The notes beneath the pieces were generated by a model, which was not told the DNA's origin, ran no database searches, and saw nothing but the letters and a program-made list of their open reading frames with translations. Below are positions 35,440 to 43,450 of a DNA stretch of 43,450 bases, in pieces; position 1 is the stretch's first letter; every line of letters starts with the position of its first letter. The DNA is from a virus (lineage: Duplodnaviria > Caudoviricetes). The stretch spans positions 1 to 43,450 of the IMG/VR virus record IMGVR_UViG_3300020044_006787; one strand, given 5' to 3'. The translations under genes and the position numbers were made by a program.

Positions 35440-36233
35440 TGTTAATGATAAATCAATCAATGATGGGAATAGGTGAAGCTGGCGTTGCTGGTGGCAATGA
35501 TGCGGTGCGTTTGTGGGATGGAATTAACTCATCTAATACTACTTGGTTATATGAAACCAGTAATAATATAGTTAATCCTGTTAAATTACCCTCTTCTGGA
35601 ACTTTATCATGTTGGATAAAGAGGGAAAATTGGTCTGGAATGGCGGTTAGGCTTTTTACCACATATCAAAACTTTACAGATGAAAGAGGATTGCGTATTA
35701 ATATTGATAATACGTTTAGAACTGTAAGTATCGGCATGTTTGATGTTAGTGGAAATGCAATAATGTTTTTTACGTCCTCTGGAGCATTTTTGAACGATGC
35801 TAGTTGGCAGCATTTATTGATGTCTTGGAGTTCAAACATAGGAGGCAATACTGCAAGAGCAAGAGCTGTTATTAATGACATAACTGCTCTTAATAGTACG
35901 GCAGGAAACTTAGGAAGAACTCCTTTTGAACGTGGCTCATTTTGGATAAATCAAGATACCGCATCATCAGCAACTCAAATGAGTTTATACGATTTATTTA
36001 TTGCTAATGGTGAGTATGATGTGACTGACACAACTATCAAAAGAAAGTTTATAGACGTTTCAGGTAATCCAGTATATTTAGGCGCAGATGGAAGCATTCC
36101 TTTTGGCAGTCAACCTAGATTGTTTTATTCTGGTGCTTCTACCAATTGGAGAAATAATAAAGGCTATTTATCTAATTCTAATTTATTAGCTTCAACTCCT
36201 GCCAATTTCACTTTATCACCAACCAAACCATAA
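35439..36233 (+). CDS. LamG/concanavalin-like domain protein (putative receptor-binding tip)
   Basis: TLSCWIK, WQHLLMSW, N.GY...F motifs; TAATG-coupled to the fibre gene. Confidence 0.65.
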   Translation: MLMINQSMMGIGEAGVAGGNDAVRLWDGINSSNTTWLYETSNNIVNPVKLPSSGTLSCWIKRENWSGMAVRLFTTYQNFTDERGLRINIDNTFRTVSIGMFDVSGNAIMFFTSSGAFLNDASWQHLLMSWSSNIGGNTARARAVINDITALNSTAGNLGRTPFERGSFWINQDTASSATQMSLYDLFIANGEYDVTDTTIKRKFIDVSGNPVYLGADGSIPFGSQPRLFYSGASTNWRNNKGYLSNSNLLASTPANFTLSPTKP

Positions 36234-36274
36234 AAAATCAATGACAAACTTTCATAAAAAGGTATAATAATTTC

Positions 36275-38935
36275 ATGACAACAACATCACGAATTGAAGG
36301 CTTAGAAACATCTTTAGCTATAAAAGCTCCAGTGAAGGTTGCCACTACTGCGAATATTGTTTTGTCAGGATTGCAAACGATTGATGGTATTGCTTTACTT
36401 GAAAATGATAGGGTTTTAGTAAAAAACCAAACGCTTGGCGCAAATAATGGGATATATCTTGCTTCCACTGGTGAATGGGTAAGGGCGCAAGATTGGAACG
36501 GCGCACGAGATGCAACAAAAGGAACACGTATATTTGTCACTGATGGTTCAACCAATAGCGATAAAATATTTTATATAACTACTAATAATCCAATAGTTAT
36601 TGGCACAACTGTAATTGTTTTTGCAGCCGAAGATACCTCTGGTTTTGATGCAATATCTCCTATTACGCAATTAGGTGATATTATTTATGGTAGTTTAGAT
36701 GGCGTATCTGAGCGTTTGGGTGGTAACATAACCACCACACGTAAGTTTTTATCTCAAACTGGCGATGGTTCAAACAGTGCTTCCCCTTCATGGCAGGGGG
36801 TGGCAATATCAGATTTGCCAACTGTAACAATCGCCAAGGGTGGAACTGGTGAAACTGTTAAAGCTGCTGCATTTGATGCGCTTGCACCAAGCACAACCAA
36901 GGGCGATTTAATAGGTCATAATGGCACGGATAACATAAGGTTGCCAGTGGGGGCAGATGGTGCGGTATTAGTCGCAAGTAGTGCATCTGCAAGCGGTTTA
37001 GCGTGGGATACAGTGGCTGGCGGTTCTAGCGTATTTGATGATAGCGTGTTTCGCATTCAGGATAATTCGGATAGCACGAAAAAACTAGCATTTGAAACGT
37101 CTGGAATATCAACTGGCACAACTCGCACATTAACCCCACCTAATGCAAGCGATACGATTGTTGGGGCAACATCTGCGCAAACATTAACTAACAAAACACT
37201 TACTTCACCAGTTATAAGCTCTATTTCAAACGGTGGCACATTAACACTTCCAACCAGCACAGATATGCTTGTCGGGCGTGCAACCACTGACATATTGACG
37301 AATAAAACGCTTGTATCACCAACGATTAGCGGTGGCAGTATAAATGCTACAGTGCTGCAAGTGGGTGGTGCGAATGTGCTTACCACTGCAAGCATAGAAC
37401 TGGATAATTTGAATGATGTAGATACTACTGGCGCAACTGTTGATGGTGCAAGTTATTCACTTGTTTATGATAGCGTAACCAGTGGTTATGGGCTTGATAC
37501 GATAACTGGTGCGGGAGAAGTGAATACGGCAAGCAATGTTGGCGCAAGTGGTGTTGGAATATTCAAACAGAAAACTGGCACTGATTTAGAGTTTAAGAAA
37601 TTAGTTGCTGGAAGCAATGTGACTATCACAGGTGGCACAAGTGACATTACAATTACTGGAGGTGCAGGTGGCGGGGCAAGTGACTTAGATGATTTAACGG
37701 ACGTTGTTATATCCTCTCCCTCATCAGGCGAAGTATTAAAATACAATGGTGCAAATTGGGAAAACGCTACTGTTAGTGGTGCATTTGGTGGTAACTATAC
37801 AGATTTAACGGAAGTTAATTCTGTTAATTATACCACTGGTAAGTTTGCAGATATATATACTATAGATAACGGCAGAAGGCTTCAGTTTAATCATACAAAC
37901 ACTTTTCCAACTGATAATTTTAGTTTTGGAGTGGAAAGATTTGCCAATCAAACAGTGGCTAGGGGGGATGGTAATGTTTGCACTTCTATGAAGGTAAGAA
38001 CTGTTGCAGCTAATGGCAATGCTGATTTTGAATGGAACTTAACGCCCATACTTGAAGATTATGGGCAGGGTGAAAATTGCGCATTTTATGCGACGGGGAA
38101 ACGTATGGCATCAAGTGCGCTTTATGGTACTTGGGCTGGAGTTTTTGAACTGCGTGATATAACTGGAGATAACTTAAGTCCACTATGTGGACTTGAAATT
38201 GATATATTAACTAATGGTATGGATGCTAATAGAGCTCGCATTGGACTAATGATTATCAATGGGCGTGGGCAGGTGGGGGGCGATGGTTTTACTGATTATA
38301 CTGCGCCCGCTGCTAATATACATTGTGCTATGCAAATTGAGAGCTTTAGTTATGATACATTGTCAAGCCCTGCTGCGCCAAATACTATGGTTAATGGCAT
38401 TTTAATTGGTGACAATTTCAAAAGAACTCAGCTAGGAATTGCTGCTGGAATGTCATGCACCAATGGACTGAATATTTTTACAACAGGCTCAACTGGAATA
38501 TGGGATAGGGGCGTAAAAACTGTAGGTATATTGCTTGAAGGAACATATACAGGTGGTAATGCTCTTCGTATTCCTGCATTATCAACTATAGGTTTTGATA
38601 TAAACGGAATTGTAACGCTTGGTTTTGATGGCACTTGGTTATCGGCTAATAGGGGGCTTTCAATAAATGCGAATAATGGGAGTGCATATTTGCAAGGTAT
38701 TGGCAATGGCGGTTGGGGTGTGGATATGCAATCTGCATCGCTTAGTAATGGATTAATCAGGGGACAGTCTTTTGAAATTGGCAGTGGTGGATTATTAACT
38801 TGGAAAGACACATCTGTTTATGAAGCTGCGGGAACACATACTCATGGAGGGGTGACTAGAACTGGAAGATTTGAAAGGATTAGTTTTAATGATAGTGGAA
38901 CTATACGCAATGGTTATGTTCCCATATATATTTAA
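36275..38935 (+). CDS. Tail fibre/spike protein 2
   Basis: Same N-terminal domain as 34504; TTKGDLI, TLTNKTL and LDDLTDV fibre repeats; Gly-rich beta-helix-like C-terminal part. Confidence 0.8.
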   Translation: MTTTSRIEGLETSLAIKAPVKVATTANIVLSGLQTIDGIALLENDRVLVKNQTLGANNGIYLASTGEWVRAQDWNGARDATKGTRIFVTDGSTNSDKIFYITTNNPIVIGTTVIVFAAEDTSGFDAISPITQLGDIIYGSLDGVSERLGGNITTTRKFLSQTGDGSNSASPSWQGVAISDLPTVTIAKGGTGETVKAAAFDALAPSTTKGDLIGHNGTDNIRLPVGADGAVLVASSASASGLAWDTVAGGSSVFDDSVFRIQDNSDSTKKLAFETSGISTGTTRTLTPPNASDTIVGATSAQTLTNKTLTSPVISSISNGGTLTLPTSTDMLVGRATTDILTNKTLVSPTISGGSINATVLQVGGANVLTTASIELDNLNDVDTTGATVDGASYSLVYDSVTSGYGLDTITGAGEVNTASNVGASGVGIFKQKTGTDLEFKKLVAGSNVTITGGTSDITITGGAGGGASDLDDLTDVVISSPSSGEVLKYNGANWENATVSGAFGGNYTDLTEVNSVNYTTGKFADIYTIDNGRRLQFNHTNTFPTDNFSFGVERFANQTVARGDGNVCTSMKVRTVAANGNADFEWNLTPILEDYGQGENCAFYATGKRMASSALYGTWAGVFELRDITGDNLSPLCGLEIDILTNGMDANRARIGLMIINGRGQVGGDGFTDYTAPAANIHCAMQIESFSYDTLSSPAAPNTMVNGILIGDNFKRTQLGIAAGMSCTNGLNIFTTGSTGIWDRGVKTVGILLEGTYTGGNALRIPALSTIGFDINGIVTLGFDGTWLSANRGLSINANNGSAYLQGIGNGGWGVDMQSASLSNGLIRGQSFEIGSGGLLTWKDTSVYEAAGTHTHGGVTRTGRFERISFNDSGTIRNGYVPIYI

Positions 38936-39070
38936 CGCACTTAACATTATATGTTATGGTCAAATTAACAAAACAAAGAAAAACATGACAACGGATAAAA
39001 AATTCAGTTTTACTAGAATAATAAAAAGATTTTTTAACATTAAAACAATATATATTTGCAATGTTGAGCT

Positions 39071-39098
39071 TTGCATAATTGATAATATATTGTATGAT
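39071..39098 (+). promoter_or_regulatory. Possible internal promoter
   Basis: TTGCAT-N16-TATGAT in an AT-rich gap. Confidence 0.35.
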
Positions 39099-39117
39099 AC
39101 ATTTTATGGAGCTTTGA

Positions 39118-39273
39118 ATGGATAAAGAATTAGAAAATATACGATTAAAAAAGCAACTTTATTATACGCAAATGCAGTTAGTTCAATATATGATTAAAGA
39201 AATTGAACAACAAGAGCAAATGTATTTAGCGCAACAGGGAGAGCAAGATGGTGGACAAACAAATAGGGGCTAG
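39118..39273 (+). CDS. Small Gln-rich coiled-coil protein (51 aa), not in ORF track
   Basis: GGAG RBS at 39108-39111; MDKELENIRLKKQLYYTQMQLVQYMIKEIEQQEQ...; overlaps the next start. Confidence 0.6.
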   Translation: MDKELENIRLKKQLYYTQMQLVQYMIKEIEQQEQMYLAQQGEQDGGQTNRG

Positions 39274-39616
39274 AAATACCTCTGTAGTTTTACAGGCAAA
39301 CGCAACTAGCACAGTTGCAGGGGCGGAATGTGAAATTACTGATGCTGGTAGATATAGATATTATGTTGAAGAAGTAACTGGCACGCTTGGCACAGCAACT
39401 CCACAGCTTTTTGTGAAACCCAAAAATGCTGCATCTACAAAAGTTTATTATGACAAGCAAACTGGGGAAACTGCAACAATCACTTCTGGTGACACATCTA
39501 CCACTGGCTCAGCATCTATTGAGGTGCAATTATGCGCTAATGACGTTGTGATTAGCCAAAATACTGTGGTTGGCGGAACTTATAATTATAATGCAATCCT
39601 TAGCAAAATAGAATAA
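39248..39616 (+). CDS. Hypothetical beta-rich virion protein
   Basis: GGGAG RBS; Thr-rich; precedes the spike gene. Confidence 0.7.
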   Translation: MVDKQIGARNTSVVLQANATSTVAGAECEITDAGRYRYYVEEVTGTLGTATPQLFVKPKNAASTKVYYDKQTGETATITSGDTSTTGSASIEVQLCANDVVISQNTVVGGTYNYNAILSKIE

Positions 39617-39620
39617 TAAA

Positions 39621-42341
39621 ATGAAAATCGGCAGCGTCATAACCCCTGTTATTGGCTCAATTTTTGGAGGCTCTGGAGGAGCGCAATTTATGGCAAGTTT
39701 TAATAAAAGAAGAATTGTAAATGATGGTGATGTTACTAATGGATTTTATGATTTAAGCGGTTCATATGTAAATAATATCATTGAAGTCAATTCAAATCGC
39801 ATAGTAAAAATACGCATTCCAAACACTATGTTATTAGGTGATGGGAAAGTTATTGGAGTTTGCCAAGCGCAAGATGATTTAGGTAATTATAAACGTATTT
39901 TTGAAGTTGTTGCAGATACAAACATTACTGTAAATGGGCAAGTTGGTGGGCGTAGATTTTATCCTAATGCTGGTGAAATGTTGTTTATTGTTGGCAGGGG
40001 CAATGGCAATTATGACATTCTAAATGCACGGCGCAAGCCTGATAGCGCACGTGAAGCTGCTGATATGGCACTTGTTATTGATGGCGCAGAAGTAAATAAC
40101 TGGACCGAAACTGTTGCTGGTAATGGTATTGTTGCTTCTTATCGTGATAGAGAAGCAAATAATAATGCTAATTTGCAACCAGTGCTTTCACGCTCTAATT
40201 CGGGAACTGATATTGAATGGAATAGAACTAATGGCACATTCCAATTTCAAGCAGGGCGCACCTTGGTTGCATCTGGTGCTACATTGGCTATGTTGCAAAA
40301 AGCCGTATCAGCGGGACAAGATTATACTATTATAACCATGGGCGAACATAATATAGAAGCGGACGCAACAAACGGGGCTGCTATATGTCATTCTCATCTT
40401 GCTACTAATGATAGATTTATCATGCGCCAACAATCACAACAAATTAGAGTTGGTAATTTTAACGGGACTGCTTATGCTAACCTTGCTGTGTTTAATTTAC
40501 CTGCTTATAATGCAACACATAATTTGCGTAGATGCTTAATTGCTTATACTAATATTGCAGCAAGCCCTTCAAACAGAGAATTACGCTTTAATGGTGGCGT
40601 GGTGACGGCAGCTGGCACCAATCCAGCTGCCCCTTCAACCTCTGCTGGCTTTGCCATTGGTGGTGAAACAAATGGCACACGTTTATTCACTGGCACAATG
40701 TCATTTTTTGGAATATCCAAATACGCCCTTAATGAAGCGGAGATTATTGCGGTAAATGCTGCGATTGCGGACATTGAATATGTGTTCGGCGTTGGGCAAT
40801 CTAACGAAGCCAATAAACATTCAACCACTTCACCATATTTCAGAGATGGTGCAAGGGGCTTGATGGATTATCGCAATGCGCAGAATAGGCGCAATGTTAC
40901 TCATTATGTTAATACTGCCGTAAGTGGTTCTTCATTATCACGTCAAGCTAATGATTATTTAGGATATGCAGCTAATAATTCGTGGGTTGATGACCGCACC
41001 GCAACGCTCGTTGATGATGTATTATTAACCAACGCAATTAGCACCATCACAAATACTTGGGGACTTAGCAAATATGAGAAGTTTAGCGTAAGTATTGGTA
41101 ATTTAGAAAATGAATTATTCTGGTATGCTGCAACCCTTGATGCGGGCTTGCGAGCTAAAATCAAAGCTGCATATAGTTATTTGCTAGATAGATTGCAAGC
41201 TGAATTTCCAAATGCGATATTTTACACCAGTGAAATTACAAGGCGTAATAATAATACGGGCTTGTCATTCCAATTTATCCGTGAAACATTGTATGAAATA
41301 CGGGCTGATAATGCAAATCGCTTAAATTATGGAGCTGATTTTTTCTTAGATAGATTGCTTACCAAAGACCCAACTCATTATGCACCTGATGCTTATTTTA
41401 ATCAAATGCAACGCATGGGCGCAAGAATGTTTGACAATAGCTTACCCCCAACCATTGGCACGCCAGTGCTGACGGGTAATTCGCTATTTTTGCCAATAAT
41501 TGACCCGCAAGGTATTGGATTTACTGCAACCGCTCCTAATATGCGTATTGCTAGTAATTTGCTTGCTGATGCGCAGGATTTTAATAATTGGACGCAAGGC
41601 ACGGCTAGTTCCACAACCACCACGGCAAATACACGCACAGATGTTCAGGGGACAACTCTAGCTGATACGATTGCTAAAACTGTGGCAGCTGCAACTGGTT
41701 TAGCTGGTGGAATAAGTAAAACATTTACAGGCACGGCTGCTGATTATAATTTTAGTGTGTTTGTTGAAGCTAGTAGCGTCACAAACGTAACTATGGGAGT
41801 ATCGGCAGATAATGGCGTGACATACCGAGGCAGGGTTGAGTTTAGCTTAACGGGGAATGGCTCATTTGTTGATAGAGGTTCAACTAATTTGGTTGGGACG
41901 CCTCTTGTTGAAAAATTACCCCTTGCTTCAGATAGCACACAAGTTTGGCGAATATCTTTTGTGGCAACATTAACGGCTGCAACTTACGCTGCCTTTATTT
42001 ATCCTGATGTGGCAGGTGGCACAACGGCGGATAGCATATTTGCTTATGGTGCGCAAGTGACATTAGGGGCAGATTTAAGAGATTATGCGCCTACTGGTTC
42101 AAGTAGTGCTAAACAATTTATTCGGGTTTTTGATGATGGCGTGGAAGTTTTAAGCACCAACACAACCATTAGTCCGCTTGGAATAACTTTGACCTTAGCA
42201 AGCACCCCTGCAAGTGGTAGCGTAATGGACGTTGACGCACCATTTGGTTCATTCCAAGATACGCAACGCCACACTGTGCCAGTAAGTTTAGCTTCTGGAT
42301 TAAATCTGCAACCAACCGCAATAACTTTTGTTGCACCATGA
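39621..42341 (+). CDS. Spike/fibre protein with LamG-like, SGNH (sialate O-acetylesterase-like) and carbohydrate-binding-like domains
   Basis: GVGQSNE (40794), AVSGSS, DPTH (41367); FTGTM...I...AL...EI LamG end; NLL.....F..W...YGAQV.....Y.PT domain. Confidence 0.75.
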   Translation: MKIGSVITPVIGSIFGGSGGAQFMASFNKRRIVNDGDVTNGFYDLSGSYVNNIIEVNSNRIVKIRIPNTMLLGDGKVIGVCQAQDDLGNYKRIFEVVADTNITVNGQVGGRRFYPNAGEMLFIVGRGNGNYDILNARRKPDSAREAADMALVIDGAEVNNWTETVAGNGIVASYRDREANNNANLQPVLSRSNSGTDIEWNRTNGTFQFQAGRTLVASGATLAMLQKAVSAGQDYTIITMGEHNIEADATNGAAICHSHLATNDRFIMRQQSQQIRVGNFNGTAYANLAVFNLPAYNATHNLRRCLIAYTNIAASPSNRELRFNGGVVTAAGTNPAAPSTSAGFAIGGETNGTRLFTGTMSFFGISKYALNEAEIIAVNAAIADIEYVFGVGQSNEANKHSTTSPYFRDGARGLMDYRNAQNRRNVTHYVNTAVSGSSLSRQANDYLGYAANNSWVDDRTATLVDDVLLTNAISTITNTWGLSKYEKFSVSIGNLENELFWYAATLDAGLRAKIKAAYSYLLDRLQAEFPNAIFYTSEITRRNNNTGLSFQFIRETLYEIRADNANRLNYGADFFLDRLLTKDPTHYAPDAYFNQMQRMGARMFDNSLPPTIGTPVLTGNSLFLPIIDPQGIGFTATAPNMRIASNLLADAQDFNNWTQGTASSTTTTANTRTDVQGTTLADTIAKTVAAATGLAGGISKTFTGTAADYNFSVFVEASSVTNVTMGVSADNGVTYRGRVEFSLTGNGSFVDRGSTNLVGTPLVEKLPLASDSTQVWRISFVATLTAATYAAFIYPDVAGGTTADSIFAYGAQVTLGADLRDYAPTGSSSAKQFIRVFDDGVEVLSTNTTISPLGITLTLASTPASGSVMDVDAPFGSFQDTQRHTVPVSLASGLNLQPTAITFVAP

Positions 42342-42359
42342 TTTTTAGGAGTATATTTT

Positions 42360-42662
42360 ATGACAGAATTAAACATTTATTACGTTAGAGATGAATTAGC
42401 AAGAATTGCCTTGCCTGATGATTTCGGGTTGTTTTATATCCAGCCGACGCAAGGACAAATTGAAGCGGGGCAGGAAAACCCTATTTTTACTGATGTGTTA
42501 ATCACTAGTGATGGGGTAAAGATTAGCCAGTTATTGGTTATTGCTGAAAATGAAACAATAGCACGGGCTTTATTTAATGATAAATATGTGAATAAAGTTG
42601 AAGGATTGCCATTAAGTGAGCAACAATTTAATGGTAAAGTATTTATTGGATTGCATCAATGA
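42360..42662 (+). CDS. Hypothetical protein
   Basis: AGGAG RBS. Confidence 0.7.
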   Translation: MTELNIYYVRDELARIALPDDFGLFYIQPTQGQIEAGQENPIFTDVLITSDGVKISQLLVIAENETIARALFNDKYVNKVEGLPLSEQQFNGKVFIGLHQ

Positions 42663-43123
42663 TAGCCTTTATAATATACCTTATTGCTGCTATTTTTATT
42701 GGAAGCGTTGCGGGGCGCAAGCTAAAGAAAACGTTTGCGCCCGACCAGTTCAAAGGCAAATGGTATGAATACACAACTAACCAAATGGCGCATATTTGCA
42801 TTGGCGTTGCTATGGTTGTGATGTTAATGATTTTTCACCAGCAAATAACGGGCGAATTTTTTGATAGATTATACGCTTTTATAGTTCTATTGGTTGGTTA
42901 TACATGTTTTGAATGTTGCCAAAATGGCAAATCTCGTGATATAATAGAGGATATTATATTTGTGGTAGGGTTAGGAGTTGGCAGCGCACTTGTCTTCAAA
43001 TGGAAGTATGACACTTACGTTTGCGGGCATGTTAATTATTTGTTGATTTTTTTCTTTACTGCTGGGATTTTATTAACTTATGGCATTATTAAAAGATTGA
43101 ATTATGGTAAATCCTCCGATTAA
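42659..43123 (+). CDS. Multi-pass membrane protein
   Basis: About five hydrophobic segments; NQMAH...E..Q...D polar motif. Confidence 0.7.
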   Translation: MIAFIIYLIAAIFIGSVAGRKLKKTFAPDQFKGKWYEYTTNQMAHICIGVAMVVMLMIFHQQITGEFFDRLYAFIVLLVGYTCFECCQNGKSRDIIEDIIFVVGLGVGSALVFKWKYDTYVCGHVNYLLIFFFTAGILLTYGIIKRLNYGKSSD

Positions 43124-43424
43124 TAGCCAAACTATAGGGGTAAGTTTTTCAATAGCAGTGGCTTTATTGACTGGAGTTGCCATATTTATAACAACTCAAA
43201 ATAAAGTTGGCGAGCTTGAAAGAAGAGAAGATGATAGGCATATAGAGCAAAATAAGCGAATGGAAGATATCAACGCAGATATTGGAGAATTAAAAACAGG
43301 AATTAAAGCTATTACTAGATTAGAAGTTTCATTAGAGTTTTTGGCTAAAAATATAGAAGATTTGAAGTTTGAAATAAGCATCAGGTGCATAATGAGTTGG
43401 GTCTTTGGTAAGCAATCTATCTAA
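43104..43424 (+). CDS. Single-TM plus coiled-coil protein (holin/hemolysin-like position); C-terminus probably chimeric
   Basis: TM then heptads; the last ~17 codons lie inside an inverted copy of 41320-41398. Confidence 0.55.
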   Translation: MVNPPINSQTIGVSFSIAVALLTGVAIFITTQNKVGELERREDDRHIEQNKRMEDINADIGELKTGIKAITRLEVSLEFLAKNIEDLKFEISIRCIMSWVFGKQSI

Positions 43425-43450
43425 GAAAAAATCAGCTCCATAATTTAAGC
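43372..43450 (-). repeat. Perfect inverted copy of 41320-41398 running to the window end
   Basis: Reverse complement = GCTTAAATTATGGAGCTGATTTTTTCTTAGATAGATTGCTTACCAAAGACCCAACTCATTATGCACCTGATGCTTATTT. Confidence 0.95.

Noticed and set aside
38871-39125. 84-aa ORF in the AT-rich gap after fibre 2
   Set aside because: Weak start, overlaps the fibre gene and a likely promoter region; unsupported
13971-42376. Numerous 60-170 aa minus-strand and alternate-frame ORFs inside late genes
   Set aside because: Shadows of well-supported plus-strand genes, with no RBS or motifs
34504-43450. Diversity-generating retroelement (given BPP-1-like structural genes)
   Set aside because: No reverse transcriptase motif and no TR/VR pair with adenine-specific mismatches; the only long repeat is an exact inverted copy at the window end
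1-43450. Integrase, att site, terminal repeats or alternative genetic code
   Set aside because: No recombinase motifs seen, the ends do not match each other, and long genes read intact in the standard code

Overview
This window is most of the genome of an AT-rich tailed dsDNA bacteriophage with podovirus-type architecture. It is truncated: no endolysin, integrase or terminal repeat is visible. Layout: (i) 1-1.2 kb, end of a plus-strand gene block; (ii) 1.27-6.2 kb, minus-strand recombination module (RusA, SF2 helicase, DUF3268-like zinc finger, Cas4-like PD-(D/E)xK nuclease, DUF669-like SSB, Sak4-like ATPase); (iii) overlapping divergent promoters driving an Arc-like RHH regulator (absent from the ORF track) and a Prim-Pol/PriCT-2/DUF3987-type primase-helicase, followed by a highly palindromic origin-like region; (iv) 9.2-11.9 kb, minus-strand array of small early genes separated by repeated intergenic cassettes; (v) 12.1-43.4 kb, late operon: TerS, TerL, T7/BPP-1-like portal, scaffold, capsid, tail adaptor and nozzle, ejection proteins (one with a GH108 lysozyme, one 1580-aa polyvalent protein with LPD23, zincin and ART-like domains), two paralogous fibres and an SGNH-esterase spike. 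Most notable signals: three different 17-bp palindromes with a shared AGT flank beside the origin; a 27-bp pseudoknot-capable repeat between early genes; tandem DnaA boxes, a tRNA-like element and a truncated second TerS at the start of the late operon; a catalytically dead duplicate peptidase domain in the polyvalent protein; a homopolymer-frameshifted gene; and an inverted 79-bp copy at the window end that is probably a chimeric junction. All family calls come from motif recognition by eye, not database searches.
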